A stretch of DNA of 63,463 nucleotides, counting the filler. It is 5 parts of 5 records of this genome, joined end to end, with 100 filler letters (N's around TTAATTAATTAA, not from the genome) between each part and the next. Parts side by side here need not be neighbours in the genome. Positions count along the whole stretch, not along the records: positions 36,182 to 53,116 come from SRR20825006_1722; 4 more parts are not named here. The stretch is one strand, 5' to 3'. The translations under genes were made by a program, and so were the position numbers. Below the pieces are notes generated by a model. The model saw only the letters and a program-made list of their open reading frames with translations. It ran no database searches and had not been told where the DNA came from. Positions 37,695-48,429 of the stretch are shown here, one piece after another. How positions within the stretch are numbered: position 1 is the stretch's first letter; every line of letters starts with the position of its first letter.

Positions 37695-39061
37695 ACCGTG
37701 AGCTGTTTTGAAATTAGGGGAACAATTCTATCGATATCTCCCGCGCCAATTGTCAGAATAATCCCGCTTTGCTCTCCTTTCAATTCTTCCAAGACCTCTT
37801 CTCGTAAAAGCACTTTTTTATCGTTAAGAGATATTTTACTTAAAAGAATATCGCTGGAAACTCCATCAATAGGTAATTCCCGTGCTGGGTAAATAGGGAG
37901 TAAAATCAGTTTATCAAGACGACTTAATTGCTCCACAAAACCGTCCAAGAAATCACGCGTACGTGTAAAAAGATGCGGCTGAAAAATTCCAGTTACTTTT
38001 TGCTCAGGATAGAGTAATCGCACAGAATCAATTAATGCTTTGAGTTCAGTTGGGTGATGTGCGTAATCATCAATATAAACCAAACTTGGTGTCTTCACAT
38101 GGTACTCGAATCGTCGCTTAACCCCTCTGAAGGATTTCAACGCAGCACGAATCTCCGCTTGTTCCAATCCTAACTGCTCCACCATAGCAACACATGCCAA
38201 CGCATTTTCTGCATTGTGGATTCCAGGGATTCCTAATTCTACTTCCTCCCACAAGCTTGTTGGTGTTTGAATGTCGATTAGAAATTTTCCTTCTTCAAAG
38301 CGAAGGTTTACTCCTTGGTAATCTGCTTTCGAAGTGACGGAATACGTGATCTTATTTTTTGGTTGAAGTGCTAAATCGGCTTGAATAATCGCAAACCCAT
38401 CTGGGTCAATTAAATCCACATACTCTTTAAATCCTTGCTGAAAAACGTCGGAATCTCCGTAAATATCTAAGTGATCCGCATCTGTAGATGTAACAATGGA
38501 AGCAAAAGGCCGAAGTTGTAAAAATGAGCGATCAAACTCATCGGCTTCCACTACAGTGTATGGACTGCTGTCGTGACTTACAAAATTGGAATTGAAGTTG
38601 GTTCCTATCCCTCCCAAAAATGCGTTGCATCCCAAAGAAGATTCGTTTAAGATATGCGCTAAAAGCGTACTTGTGGTCGTTTTTCCGTGTGTTCCTGCAA
38701 CCCCAAGCGCTTTAGAATTCCGTGTTATTAAGCCTAGAATTTGAGCACGCTTGAGCACAATAAAGTTATGTTCTTGAGCAAAACACAATTCCTTCATGTC
38801 TTTAGGAACCGCTGGCGTGTAAATGACCAATGTTTTGTTCACGTCTTGAAAATCTGTTGGAATCTGTCCTAAATCCTCGAAATGAACTTCTATTCCCTCG
38901 GAAGCGAGTTCGTCGGTAAGAAATGACGGCGTTTTATCATACCCCGCAACGTTCCATCCTTTCAATTTGAAATAACGCGCAATCGCAGACATTCCAATTC
39001 CACCAATTCCGATGAAATAGGCACGATTAAATTGGTCGATATTTAGCTGAGATAAGTTCAC
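37691..39061 (-). CDS. murC: UDP-N-acetylmuramate--L-alanine ligase
   Basis: GIGGIGMSA, GTHGKTTT, EADEFDRSF, DDYAHHPTE, FQPH. Confidence 0.97.
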   Translation of the reverse strand: MNLSQLNIDQFNRAYFIGIGGIGMSAIARYFKLKGWNVAGYDKTPSFLTDELASEGIEVHFEDLGQIPTDFQDVNKTLVIYTPAVPKDMKELCFAQEHNFIVLKRAQILGLITRNSKALGVAGTHGKTTTSTLLAHILNESSLGCNAFLGGIGTNFNSNFVSHDSSPYTVVEADEFDRSFLQLRPFASIVTSTDADHLDIYGDSDVFQQGFKEYVDLIDPDGFAIIQADLALQPKNKITYSVTSKADYQGVNLRFEEGKFLIDIQTPTSLWEEVELGIPGIHNAENALACVAMVEQLGLEQAEIRAALKSFRGVKRRFEYHVKTPSLVYIDDYAHHPTELKALIDSVRLLYPEQKVTGIFQPHLFTRTRDFLDGFVEQLSRLDKLILLPIYPARELPIDGVSSDILLSKISLNDKKVLLREEVLEELKGEQSGIILTIGAGDIDRIVPLISKQLTV

Positions 39062-40159
39062 TTAGCGAATCATTTTTTCTAGTTCATTTACAATCTCTGC
39101 GGTCGCGTTTGGCTTCCCCAATTGCTCAATATTTTTTATCAGCTTGTTTCTGTGCGCTTCGTCGTTTAACAATGCCAGCGCGACATCCACTAATTCCGAT
39201 TTACTATCCACATCCTTCACCAAAATAGCTGCGCCCTTTTCACTTAACGCCATAGCATTTTTCGTTTGATGATCTTCAGCAACATTTGGAGACGGCACAA
39301 GTATGGTTGGTTTATGCACCAAACACAATTCAGAAACCGAAATTGCTCCAGCGCGAGAAATCACAACATCTGATATTGCGTACGCTAAATCCATTCGTTC
39401 GATAAACTGCACCATCTTTATTGCTCCGAGGTCCACATTCGACAATTCTTCTTTCAGCTTATCGTGGTACAATTTTCCACACTGCCAAAGAACTTGAACA
39501 TCGGCACTTTTTAATTTATCCAATTCCGCGATGACGCTTTCATTCAATGTTCTAGCACCCAAACTTCCACCGATAATCAAAATGGTTTTTTTAGAAGCGT
39601 CGAACTGATAAAATTCATACCCTTCTTTTTCCTTTCCTTCGATGGAAACCATTTCCTTACGGGTTGGATTTCCTGTCAACACAATCTTCTCCGCTGGAAA
39701 AAAGCGCTCCAATCCTTCATACGCTACGCAGATTTTCTGAACACTCTTGGATAAAATCTTATTCGTTTTTCCTGGGAATGAATTCTGTTCTTGCACCATC
39801 GATGGGATGCCTAACATGGTTGTTGCTTTAAGTGTTGGCCCACTCGCAAATCCACCCACACCAACAGCTACTTCTGGTTTGAATTTTTTAATGATTCGAC
39901 GGGCTTTGATCATACTTCCAACGATCTTAAATGGAAGCGCGAAGTTTGCCATGCTAAATTTCCGTTGAAACCCAACAATTGGCAAGCCTTCAATATTATA
40001 TCCTGCGGCTGGCACCTTTTCCATTTCCATTTTACCAAGCGCACCGACGAACAAAATTTCGGCGTCAGGATTCCTACACATAATTTCATCTGCAATAGCA
40101 ATTGCTGGGAAAATATGCCCACCTGTTCCTCCACCTGATATTATTGCACGTTTGATCAT
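39062..40159 (-). CDS. murG: MurG glycosyltransferase
   Basis: GGGTGGHIFP, EQN, GGSLGA, SRAGA, HQTKNA. Confidence 0.97.
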   Translation of the reverse strand: MIKRAIISGGGTGGHIFPAIAIADEIMCRNPDAEILFVGALGKMEMEKVPAAGYNIEGLPIVGFQRKFSMANFALPFKIVGSMIKARRIIKKFKPEVAVGVGGFASGPTLKATTMLGIPSMVQEQNSFPGKTNKILSKSVQKICVAYEGLERFFPAEKIVLTGNPTRKEMVSIEGKEKEGYEFYQFDASKKTILIIGGSLGARTLNESVIAELDKLKSADVQVLWQCGKLYHDKLKEELSNVDLGAIKMVQFIERMDLAYAISDVVISRAGAISVSELCLVHKPTILVPSPNVAEDHQTKNAMALSEKGAAILVKDVDSKSELVDVALALLNDEAHRNKLIKNIEQLGKPNATAEIVNELEKMIR

Positions 40160-40169
40160 TCTTTATTGT

Positions 40170-41342
40170 TTATTCGGATTCCATTATTGCTGAATCTTCC
40201 TTTTTCTCTAGTTTATTTTGCTTTCTCGCAATCCCTTGCACAATCCCTAACCCTACGCAGGTCATGATTAAAGCAGAACCTCCCATTGCAAGAAGCGGCA
40301 TATTTTGTCCTGTAACTGGGAAAATGCCTGTGCAGACAAGCATGTTCACCGTCGCTTGACTGAGCATTAGCACTCCAATGCCAACACAGACATAGGTTTC
40401 GAACATATTCTTGGAGTTCAATCCAATCCGCATGACTCGATACAGTAAAATCAAGTAAAACAACGCTAGAATAAACGCAGCTGGAAGTCCAAACTCCTCC
40501 ACCATACTTGAGTAATAAAAATCCGCATAGGCTTCCGGAAGGTATTCTTTCAACTTTCCATCTCCCACACCTTGCCCAAACGGTCCACCGTTGTAGATGG
40601 CTAGTTTTGCATTGAGGACTTGCGCGTTTTCGATGACATTTGCTTCATCTTGAACACTATTAACCATTCTATTAATCCATGTTTCTAATCGCGGTAAAAT
40701 CTTTACACCCGGCAATGCCAATTGAATGGTAATTACTAAACCAAGCGTGGCAATCCCTCCGCCGATTAACGTTAACACTTTGAAAAACGGCACTTTCCCC
40801 AAAAAGAGCAGTACTAAGCTAACTGCAAACAAGATCGCTGCTGTAGAGAAGTTATCCTTTACAATTAATCCACAAATTATTATGATTGGGAAGACGATCG
40901 GTAAGAAGCCATCTTTCCACTCTTTAAACTTGTCCTTTTTCTTAACGAGCAGTCGAGACACATAGACCACTAGGGCCAATCTTGCAAAATCCGATGACTG
41001 AAACGTAAGTCCTACAAACGGGATCTTTACCCATCTTTTGGCGTTATTGACATCGTGCGCAGAAAAAAACGTAATAATGAGCAATCCCACAGCCATGTAA
41101 AATCCCACTTTTGAAAACTGCGAGACATATTTTGGATCCTTTTTGTGAATCCAGTACATTACTGCAAGTCCGAGCCCAACATAAATGAGGTGTTTGAAGA
41201 GATACTTGAACGGCGTACCCCCTTCCATTTTAATCAAAATAGGCACAAAACTGTAGACGCTCACCAATGAGAAAGCAAGCATCAACAGTGTAATGACCCA
41301 GATTACGGCATCACCTTTTAGATATGTGAGGACTTTTTGCAT
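40170..41342 (-). CDS. ftsW: SEDS protein FtsW
   Basis: Polytopic; AKRW, FQSSD, EEFG, PVTGQNMPLLAMGG. Confidence 0.93.
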   Translation of the reverse strand: MQKVLTYLKGDAVIWVITLLMLAFSLVSVYSFVPILIKMEGGTPFKYLFKHLIYVGLGLAVMYWIHKKDPKYVSQFSKVGFYMAVGLLIITFFSAHDVNNAKRWVKIPFVGLTFQSSDFARLALVVYVSRLLVKKKDKFKEWKDGFLPIVFPIIIICGLIVKDNFSTAAILFAVSLVLLFLGKVPFFKVLTLIGGGIATLGLVITIQLALPGVKILPRLETWINRMVNSVQDEANVIENAQVLNAKLAIYNGGPFGQGVGDGKLKEYLPEAYADFYYSSMVEEFGLPAAFILALFYLILLYRVMRIGLNSKNMFETYVCVGIGVLMLSQATVNMLVCTGIFPVTGQNMPLLAMGGSALIMTCVGLGIVQGIARKQNKLEKKEDSAIMESE

Positions 41343-41348
41343 TTAAAT

Positions 41349-41825
41349 TTATCCTATGCTAGAAATGTACATTTCAAACTGATCAAGACGCTCTTGCCAA
41401 TCGGTCAAATCGGAAGTAAACAACAAACTAACACCTTCCTTTTTCGACAATCGAATAAAGTTCAACCCTGAATAGAGATCGTCAATGCACAGAACATTTT
41501 TAAGTTCACTAATTGCGTTGACTTCAGCGTTTCGTTCGCTTGAATCATACACGACCACAAGACGAATTTTCTCCGCTACATCAGGATAGTTTTTAGCCAA
41601 TTCAATCACCTGATCAACACATCCAATCCATGTTAATTGAAACGGCAAAGCTTCAATTGTTTTCGCGAGCACATCTACTTGAGGATGAATCCATGAAAAG
41701 GTATTCATTCCCACAACTTTTCCGTGCGCACGTATCGACTGATGCACATCTTGGTTTTTCAGCGCTTCATTTCGCGCGTCGAGCAGCTGATCCTGAATGG
41801 ATTTTTCTATTTTCTGCTCTTTCAT
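41349..41825 (-). CDS. Hypothetical protein resembling a degenerate stand-alone MurD C-terminal domain
   Basis: 158 aa, starts 1 bp after the murD stop; collinear similarity by eye to the last ~140 aa of the adjacent MurD. Confidence 0.7.
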   Translation of the reverse strand: MKEQKIEKSIQDQLLDARNEALKNQDVHQSIRAHGKVVGMNTFSWIHPQVDVLAKTIEALPFQLTWIGCVDQVIELAKNYPDVAEKIRLVVVYDSSERNAEVNAISELKNVLCIDDLYSGLNFIRLSKKEGVSLLFTSDLTDWQERLDQFEMYISSIG

Positions 41826-41826
41826 T

Positions 41827-43173
41827 TTATAAAGATCTTACTGCATTCTTAAATTCATTCCCACGTTCTTCGTAGTTTTCGAATAAATCGAAACTTGCGC
41901 ACGCTGGAGAAAGAAGTACGTTCTCGTCCTTTTTTGCGAGTTGGTATCCCCAAGCAACAGCTTCAGCCATTGATGTTGTTTCAACGATTGTTTCAATTTT
42001 TCCTGTGAACGCTTCGATGATTTTAGAGTTATCCTTTCCGAGGCAAATAATCGCCTTTACTTTTTCCACGACAAGCGCTTCCAATTCAGAATAATCATTT
42101 CCTTTATCCACTCCACCAACGATCCAAACAGTTGGCAATTCCATTGATTCTAATGCGAACCATGTTGAATTAACATTTGTAGCTTTTGAATCATTAATAA
42201 ATTCGATCCCGTGTACTTTCGCTACAAACTCGAGGCGATGTTCAACATTTACGAAGTCCGTTAAACTTTCGCGTACTGCGTCTTTTCTAATTTCTAAAAT
42301 TCGAGAAGCAATTCCAGATGCTAATGAATTTTGGGTATTGTGCTTACCCTTGAGTGCTAATTCGTGAATTCCCATTGTGAGTTGTTGTTTATTTATGTTT
42401 ATTGTTAGTTGTTCTTCGTTTGCGTAACCTCCGTTTGCAACTTCTTCTTTTAGAGAAAAAGGTGCGAGTTGAGCGGGAATTGATCTTTTCTCGATCTCTT
42501 GTTTAATAATTGGATCATCGAGGTTATAGATGAACCAATCGTTTTTTGTTTGGTTTTGAATTATGCGGAATTTAGAATCCACATAGTTCTGCATTTGATA
42601 ATCGTAGCGATCCAAATGATCTGGGGTGATATTCATCAAAACAGAAATATCCGCTTTGAATTCGTGCATATCATCCAACTGGAAAGAGCTCAATTCGAGC
42701 ACGTACCAATCGAAGGATTCTTCAGCTACTTGCTTTGCGAAGCTATCTCCGATATTTCCTGCTAATCCGACGTTCAATCCTGCTTTTTTCAGAATATGAT
42801 GCGTCATCAAAGTCGTTGTTGTTTTACCATTACTTCCCGTGATGCAGATCGTTTTGGCTGTGTTGTAGTATCCTGCAAACTCGATTTCAGAAACCACATG
42901 AATTCCTTTGATTCGAATTGCTTTCATTACCGAAGCCTTTTCTGGAATTCCTGGTGATTTAATGATTAAGTCGGAAGCAAGAATGCGATCCAACGTATGC
43001 TCTCCTTCTTCCCATTCTACGCCGAGTTGATCCAATTCCTTTTTAAAGTCGTCGCCAATTTTCCCGAAATCCGAGACAAAGATGCTCCAGCCTTGTTTTT
43101 TCGCAAGAATTGCAGCACCCACTCCGCTTTCGCCGGCACCCAAAATTGTGATATGTCCAGGAGTTATTTTCAC
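41827..43173 (-). CDS. murD: UDP-N-acetylmuramoyl-L-alanine--D-glutamate ligase
   Basis: GAGESG, SPGIP, GSNGKTTT, ELSSFQL, DHLDRY, NDSKATN, SPACASFD. Confidence 0.97.
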   Translation of the reverse strand: MKITPGHITILGAGESGVGAAILAKKQGWSIFVSDFGKIGDDFKKELDQLGVEWEEGEHTLDRILASDLIIKSPGIPEKASVMKAIRIKGIHVVSEIEFAGYYNTAKTICITGSNGKTTTTLMTHHILKKAGLNVGLAGNIGDSFAKQVAEESFDWYVLELSSFQLDDMHEFKADISVLMNITPDHLDRYDYQMQNYVDSKFRIIQNQTKNDWFIYNLDDPIIKQEIEKRSIPAQLAPFSLKEEVANGGYANEEQLTININKQQLTMGIHELALKGKHNTQNSLASGIASRILEIRKDAVRESLTDFVNVEHRLEFVAKVHGIEFINDSKATNVNSTWFALESMELPTVWIVGGVDKGNDYSELEALVVEKVKAIICLGKDNSKIIEAFTGKIETIVETTSMAEAVAWGYQLAKKDENVLLSPACASFDLFENYEERGNEFKNAVRSL

Positions 43174-44418
43174 CTATCTTACTTTCAATGTGACAATTGT
43201 GACTACCGCTAGCAATACTGCGACAATCCAGAATCTGGAAACGATTTTCGCTTCATGCAATCCCTTTTTCTGATAATGATGATGCAGAGGAGCCATGAGG
43301 AAAATCCTTCGTCCTTCGCCGTACTTTCGCTTGGTGATTTTAAACCAACCGACTTGCAGGACGACCGATAAATTCTCGATTAAGAACACTCCACAAAGCA
43401 CTGGAATCAATAATTCTTTTCGAATGGAAATCGCGAATACGGCAATGATTCCACCGAGCGCCAAGCTTCCTGTATCTCCCATAAAAACTTGCGCTGGGAA
43501 AGAGTTGAACCAGAGAAATCCGATACACGCACCCACGAAGGCGGCTATGAAAATCACGAGCTCTTCCGCGAACGGGATGTACATTACGTCGAGATAATCT
43601 GCAAAGCGCGCGTTCGAACTTACATAAGCTAAAACAGCCAATGCGATTCCGACAATTGCCGAGGTTCCTGTAGCTAAACCATCGAGTCCATCGGTCATAT
43701 TTGCGCCGTTGGAAACAGCAATTACAATGAAAATTACTACTGGAATAAAGAGCAACCAACCGTATTTTTTACTCCAATCTCCGATCAACCAGTTGTAGTT
43801 GAATTCGTTTGAATTAATAAACGGAACCGTTGTTGTCATTGCGTCGGTTTCAATCCATTTAGAATTTTTCGCTTCGTTCTGACTGTGCATGTGCGACACT
43901 TCGACTTCGTTTTGCTGCACTTTATAGTTTAACGCGACTTCCTTGTGAACCTTCACGTCCGGGTGGAAATAGAGAATCGAACCAACGATCAGTCCAACAC
44001 CAATTTGTCCAACGACCTTAAATTTCCCTGCGAGTCCTTTTTTGTTCTTTTTAAATACTTTGATATAATCGTCGAGAAAACCAATTGCACCCAACCAAAC
44101 CGTTGCGAGAATCATGGTGATCACATAAATATTATGCAGTTTAGCGAAGAGCAACGTTGGGATGAGGATGGCACTCAGGATAATGATTCCACCCATTGTA
44201 GGCGTTCCTGATTTTGCCAATTGACCTTCCAAACCTAGGTCTCTAACCGTTTCACCAATTTGTTGTTTTTGAAGAAGGCGAATAATTCGTTTTCCGAAGA
44301 TGATCGAAACGATTAACGAAACGATCAACGCCATTCCCGCACGAAACGAGATATAGTTGAACAATCCGGCTCCCGGAAAATTTAATTCATCTAAGTAATT
44401 GAATAAGTATACCAACAT
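43174..44418 (-). CDS. mraY: Phospho-N-acetylmuramoyl-pentapeptide transferase
   Basis: [40 protein letters not shown]. Confidence 0.98.
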   Translation of the reverse strand: MLVYLFNYLDELNFPGAGLFNYISFRAGMALIVSLIVSIIFGKRIIRLLQKQQIGETVRDLGLEGQLAKSGTPTMGGIIILSAILIPTLLFAKLHNIYVITMILATVWLGAIGFLDDYIKVFKKNKKGLAGKFKVVGQIGVGLIVGSILYFHPDVKVHKEVALNYKVQQNEVEVSHMHSQNEAKNSKWIETDAMTTTVPFINSNEFNYNWLIGDWSKKYGWLLFIPVVIFIVIAVSNGANMTDGLDGLATGTSAIVGIALAVLAYVSSNARFADYLDVMYIPFAEELVIFIAAFVGACIGFLWFNSFPAQVFMGDTGSLALGGIIAVFAISIRKELLIPVLCGVFLIENLSVVLQVGWFKITKRKYGEGRRIFLMAPLHHHYQKKGLHEAKIVSRFWIVAVLLAVVTIVTLKVR

Positions 44419-45881
44419 TATTTCTCTAGTTTTTCAAATAGTTCCTTTATCGTAGCGAGATCATCGAAGTCGTGTCGAACCCCATTAATCTCTTGGTATT
44501 TCTCGTGACCTTTTCCTGCCACCAAAATGATGTCATCTTTCTCCGCCATCGCGATCGCCGTTTTAATCGCTTGCGCACGGTCAACGATAGAAAGTGTTTT
44601 CTTGAAATGAGCCCCACTTACGCCAGCCATCATTTCATTAATAATTTCGTTTGGATCTTCAGAGCGCGGATTATCCGATGTTAAAATCACTTTGTCAGAA
44701 AGCTCACACGCGATGTTTGCCATCTCTGGTCGCTTTGTTCTATCTCGATCTCCGCCACAGCCTACAACTGTGAAAACTGTTTCGTTCTTCGTTCGAATAT
44801 TGCCTATCGTCTTCAATACATTTTCAAGTGCATCAGGTGTATGGGCGTAATCCACAATTGCGGTAATTCCAGATGGACTTCTCAGAAACTCAAACCTTCC
44901 GTCTACTGCTTTCAACTGGCTCAGAACCGTTAATACTTCGGTAGCGTCCTCACCAAGTTCTTGACTGATTCCGAAAACACACAAAATGTTGTATGCATTA
45001 AAATCTCCAATCAACTTTGTCCACAATTCGGTTCCGTTGACATTTAGCACCAGTCCAGAAAATTGATTTTCGAGCACTTTTACTTTGTAATCTGCCATTG
45101 CTCTCATGGAATAGCTTCTGCGTTTTGCGCGGGTATTCTGGAGCATTACATCACCGTTTTTATCATCGATATTCGTCAACGCGAATGCTTCCTTTGGAAG
45201 ATCATCGAAAAATCTACGCTTCACTTCCAAGTATTCTTTGAACGTTTTGTGATAATCCAAATGGTCGTGCGTAATATTCGTGAACGCTCCACCCGCAAAG
45301 GTTAATCCTGCCGTTCTATCTTGGTGAATCGCATGCGAACTCACTTCCATGAAACAATGTGAAACACCTTCCTCAACCATTTCTCTCAACAACGCATTCA
45401 GCGCAATTGGATTTGGGGTTGTGTGCGTAGCTGGAATATCTCGGTCCATGATTTTATTGACCACTGTTGAGAGTAATCCACATTGATAGCCGAGTTCAGA
45501 ATACAGATTAAACAAGAGCGTAGCCACGGTTGTTTTTCCATTTGTCCCTGTCACTCCGATCAACTTCAACTCACGAGAAGGCTCTCCGAAGAAATTATTC
45601 GCGCACATCGCCAATGCTTTTGAAGACCTTTCTACACGCACAACTGTAACGCCCTCGACGTTCTCCACCTCATCCTCACAGATAATTAGCGTACATCCAT
45701 TTTCAATCACTTGCGGAATAAATGAATGCCCGTCTACCTTCGCACCGCGAATTGCAAAAAACAAGCTCCCTTGTTTTGCTTCGCGAGAATCGAACGTTAA
45801 TTGCTCAACCATTGCGTCTGTGCTCCCATGAACAGCAACGATATTTACACCGTATAATATGTCTTTTAGCGATTGTGTCAT
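44418..45881 (-). CDS. murE: UDP-MurNAc-tripeptide ligase (meso-DAP adding)
   Basis: GTNGKTT, MEVSSH, DHLDYH, DYAHTPD, DNPR, AGKGHE. Confidence 0.97.
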   Translation of the reverse strand: MTQSLKDILYGVNIVAVHGSTDAMVEQLTFDSREAKQGSLFFAIRGAKVDGHSFIPQVIENGCTLIICEDEVENVEGVTVVRVERSSKALAMCANNFFGEPSRELKLIGVTGTNGKTTVATLLFNLYSELGYQCGLLSTVVNKIMDRDIPATHTTPNPIALNALLREMVEEGVSHCFMEVSSHAIHQDRTAGLTFAGGAFTNITHDHLDYHKTFKEYLEVKRRFFDDLPKEAFALTNIDDKNGDVMLQNTRAKRRSYSMRAMADYKVKVLENQFSGLVLNVNGTELWTKLIGDFNAYNILCVFGISQELGEDATEVLTVLSQLKAVDGRFEFLRSPSGITAIVDYAHTPDALENVLKTIGNIRTKNETVFTVVGCGGDRDRTKRPEMANIACELSDKVILTSDNPRSEDPNEIINEMMAGVSGAHFKKTLSIVDRAQAIKTAIAMAEKDDIILVAGKGHEKYQEINGVRHDFDDLATIKELFEKLEK

Positions 45882-47998
45882 TCCAAAATAATTTCAACAG
45901 TTAATCCAGGCGCTGCGTTCGTTCCAGCTTTGATTGATTGGCTCGTCACTTTACCGTAGCCTCGAATTCTGGTTATCATACCCGTAGACTCGATTGCATA
46001 CACCGCATCTTTAGCCGTCATTCCGTGAACATTCGGAACCGTCTTCACTCCAACGTATCGCTCCTCTATGCTCAACTTATCCTCTGCCGATTGAGAAACC
46101 ACATAGTTAGCTCCTGTAGCTGATGTGTAAGGGATTTTAAATTCCTTCAAGAGTTGGATGACATCGTATCTATTTCCCACTTTCACTTGAGGAACCGTTT
46201 TCAATCGGTTTTTATGATCGTTTACCGCTTTGTGGTATTTCAAACTTGACGCATACACTTTGTTTGCGATAGCCGTGAAGACCGTTCCTGAAACCGACGC
46301 ACCATAAATATCTTTCGACGGTGCAGAAATCACGACGATGCACGAATAAACTGGCTCATTGGCAGGAAAATAACCCACAAACGAAGCCTGATAGCGTTTC
46401 TCGCCTTTATCTCCATATCGGAGATCATCGTTCAATACCAGAGCTGTTCCTGTTTTACCTGCGATCGAAAAGTACGCTGACTTCAAGGCAGAACCTGTTC
46501 CACGCTCCACAACACCCACTAGGCATTTTTGCAAATCCTTTAATGTTCTTTCCGAACAGATATTCTCTTTGATTACAATCGGAGCAAATTGCTTCACCAA
46601 TTGGTTTCCACGACGGATTTCCTTCACAAATTGTGGTCGAACAAAGGTTCCATTATTCGCTACTGCATTGTAAAAAGCAAGGGTTTGAAGTGGCGTTTGT
46701 TGCACCTCATAACCGATGGACATCCATGGGAGAGAAATTCCAGACCAGTTCTTGTGCCCTGGATAATACAAGGTTGGCGTTGGCTCACCTTCAATCTCAA
46801 TTCCAAGTGGTTCATGAACCCCAAACTCTTTTAGGCGATCAATGTATGCTTGCGGATCATTTCGGTATGCTTTATTCACAACGCGAGAAATAACATTCGA
46901 CGATTTTTCAAACGCTTCTTGAATCGTAATTTCACCGTAACCGTATCCGTGATTGGAATCTTCCAACTTACTATTGTAGAACTTGTACGTTCCACCTGCC
47001 ATTACTTTGTCTTTTATCGACACTTTTCCATCTTCCAAAAGCGCCATCAATGAGGCTAACTTAAAGGTCGACCCTGGCACTTCCTTTGTCCCAATCGCAT
47101 GGTTGTACGATTCATAATACTCACCTGATGCGCCGTCGCGGTTCAAGTTTACAATCGCTTTAATTCCACCTGTACGAACGTCCATTACAATTGCGCAGCC
47201 GTTTTTCGCACCTTGGTTTTTCAATTGCTTCATCAATTCTGTGTGCGCAACATCTTGAATCTCTACATCAATCGTTGTAACGATACTTGCACCTTCAACA
47301 GCTTCTTTGGTTACAGGTCCCATTTTTTTCCAGCCTGTAGAAATCTTTTGTTCGATCTCCTCACCTGGTTCACCCTTCAAGTAATCGTTGTACGCACCTT
47401 CCAAGCCAACAAGGAGTTCTTTTCTTCCATCGATAGCATCTCGCTGATATCCGAGTGTTCGTCGGAGCATTTCGCCTTGCGGTAGTTGACGAATGATCAA
47501 CTCTTCATTATCAATGATCCCACCTTTCAATCTTCCTTTATCGAAAATCGGCATCTTTCTTAATAACTTTCTTTCCTCGTTTGTTGCCTTGCGATGAATT
47601 GAAAGGTAACGTGCTCCACGTGCGCGCCCTTGACGGATCAAATTTTCATATTCACGAGCCGTTTTCTCAGGATAAAGATCATTTAGCGCGATGCATAAAT
47701 TCGCTACTTCGGCATTAAACAATTCATCTGAAGCCACGGTAGGATCCATGTGGATATTATAAAACGACAATGACGTGACCAACGGCGTGTAATTCACATC
47801 CAAAATCTGACCTCTTCGCGGCTTCTTGAGAACCGTTCGGGTAGGCATTTTAGTTGTCCCATCTGTAGACGTCATGAACATAGGCTCACCGTCTTCAAAC
47901 TGAATCATCACTGTTTTGATCAACACTACCAACATAATGATGACAAACCCGAAATAAATCAGGTAAGCCCTCCAAAATATGTCTTTGCGTTCACTCAT
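45878..47998 (-). CDS. ftsI: Division transpeptidase FtsI/PBP3 with C-terminal PASTA domain
   Basis: N-terminal TM, RRGQI, STFK, SSN, KTG motifs; VPNVHGM PASTA. Confidence 0.93.
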   Translation of the reverse strand: MSERKDIFWRAYLIYFGFVIIMLVVLIKTVMIQFEDGEPMFMTSTDGTTKMPTRTVLKKPRRGQILDVNYTPLVTSLSFYNIHMDPTVASDELFNAEVANLCIALNDLYPEKTAREYENLIRQGRARGARYLSIHRKATNEERKLLRKMPIFDKGRLKGGIIDNEELIIRQLPQGEMLRRTLGYQRDAIDGRKELLVGLEGAYNDYLKGEPGEEIEQKISTGWKKMGPVTKEAVEGASIVTTIDVEIQDVAHTELMKQLKNQGAKNGCAIVMDVRTGGIKAIVNLNRDGASGEYYESYNHAIGTKEVPGSTFKLASLMALLEDGKVSIKDKVMAGGTYKFYNSKLEDSNHGYGYGEITIQEAFEKSSNVISRVVNKAYRNDPQAYIDRLKEFGVHEPLGIEIEGEPTPTLYYPGHKNWSGISLPWMSIGYEVQQTPLQTLAFYNAVANNGTFVRPQFVKEIRRGNQLVKQFAPIVIKENICSERTLKDLQKCLVGVVERGTGSALKSAYFSIAGKTGTALVLNDDLRYGDKGEKRYQASFVGYFPANEPVYSCIVVISAPSKDIYGASVSGTVFTAIANKVYASSLKYHKAVNDHKNRLKTVPQVKVGNRYDVIQLLKEFKIPYTSATGANYVVSQSAEDKLSIEERYVGVKTVPNVHGMTAKDAVYAIESTGMITRIRGYGKVTSQSIKAGTNAAPGLTVEIILE

Positions 47999-48000
47999 TA

Positions 48001-48429
48001 TTAATCTTCGTTATCTTTTTTTATCCGGATCACCTTCGTTGGATTCACCGTTTCTTTTAGTCCTCTAGACTCAAGCTGCTCTACTAATTTTGTTCGACCC
48101 GTTTCATCTTCTAAGCGTGCTTTTGCTTCGAAATAATCAGAAGTCAATTCATCTAACTCTTCTTGTCGCTGTGTCACATCCTTCGACAGTCGTTTCCCGT
48201 AATAACCTTTACTCACGGTTAATAGCAATAGAAACATCACGAAGAAGATGAACGCCAAGTTTTTCACTACAAACTCACGAGTAAAAAACTCTCCATTTAA
48301 AATCTGAACTAAAGCATTCGGTTTTTTATCCCGAATTCTCTTCGCTCTTTCTTCTACCTGCTTCTTTTTCGTCGCTTCTACAGCTTCCTTTTCATCAAGC
48401 TGAGAGCGGTCTACAAACTCATTGTCCAT
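48001..48429 (-). CDS. ftsL: FtsL-like cell division protein
   Basis: Single TM then coiled coil; between rsmH and ftsI. Confidence 0.8.
   Translation of the reverse strand: MDNEFVDRSQLDEKEAVEATKKKQVEERAKRIRDKKPNALVQILNGEFFTREFVVKNLAFIFFVMFLLLLTVSKGYYGKRLSKDVTQRQEELDELTSDYFEAKARLEDETGRTKLVEQLESRGLKETVNPTKVIRIKKDNED

Noticed and set aside
43174-45881. Absence of murF and ddl from the dcw cluster and the extra loop in the 414-aa MraY
   Set aside because: Usual for Bacteroidota dcw clusters
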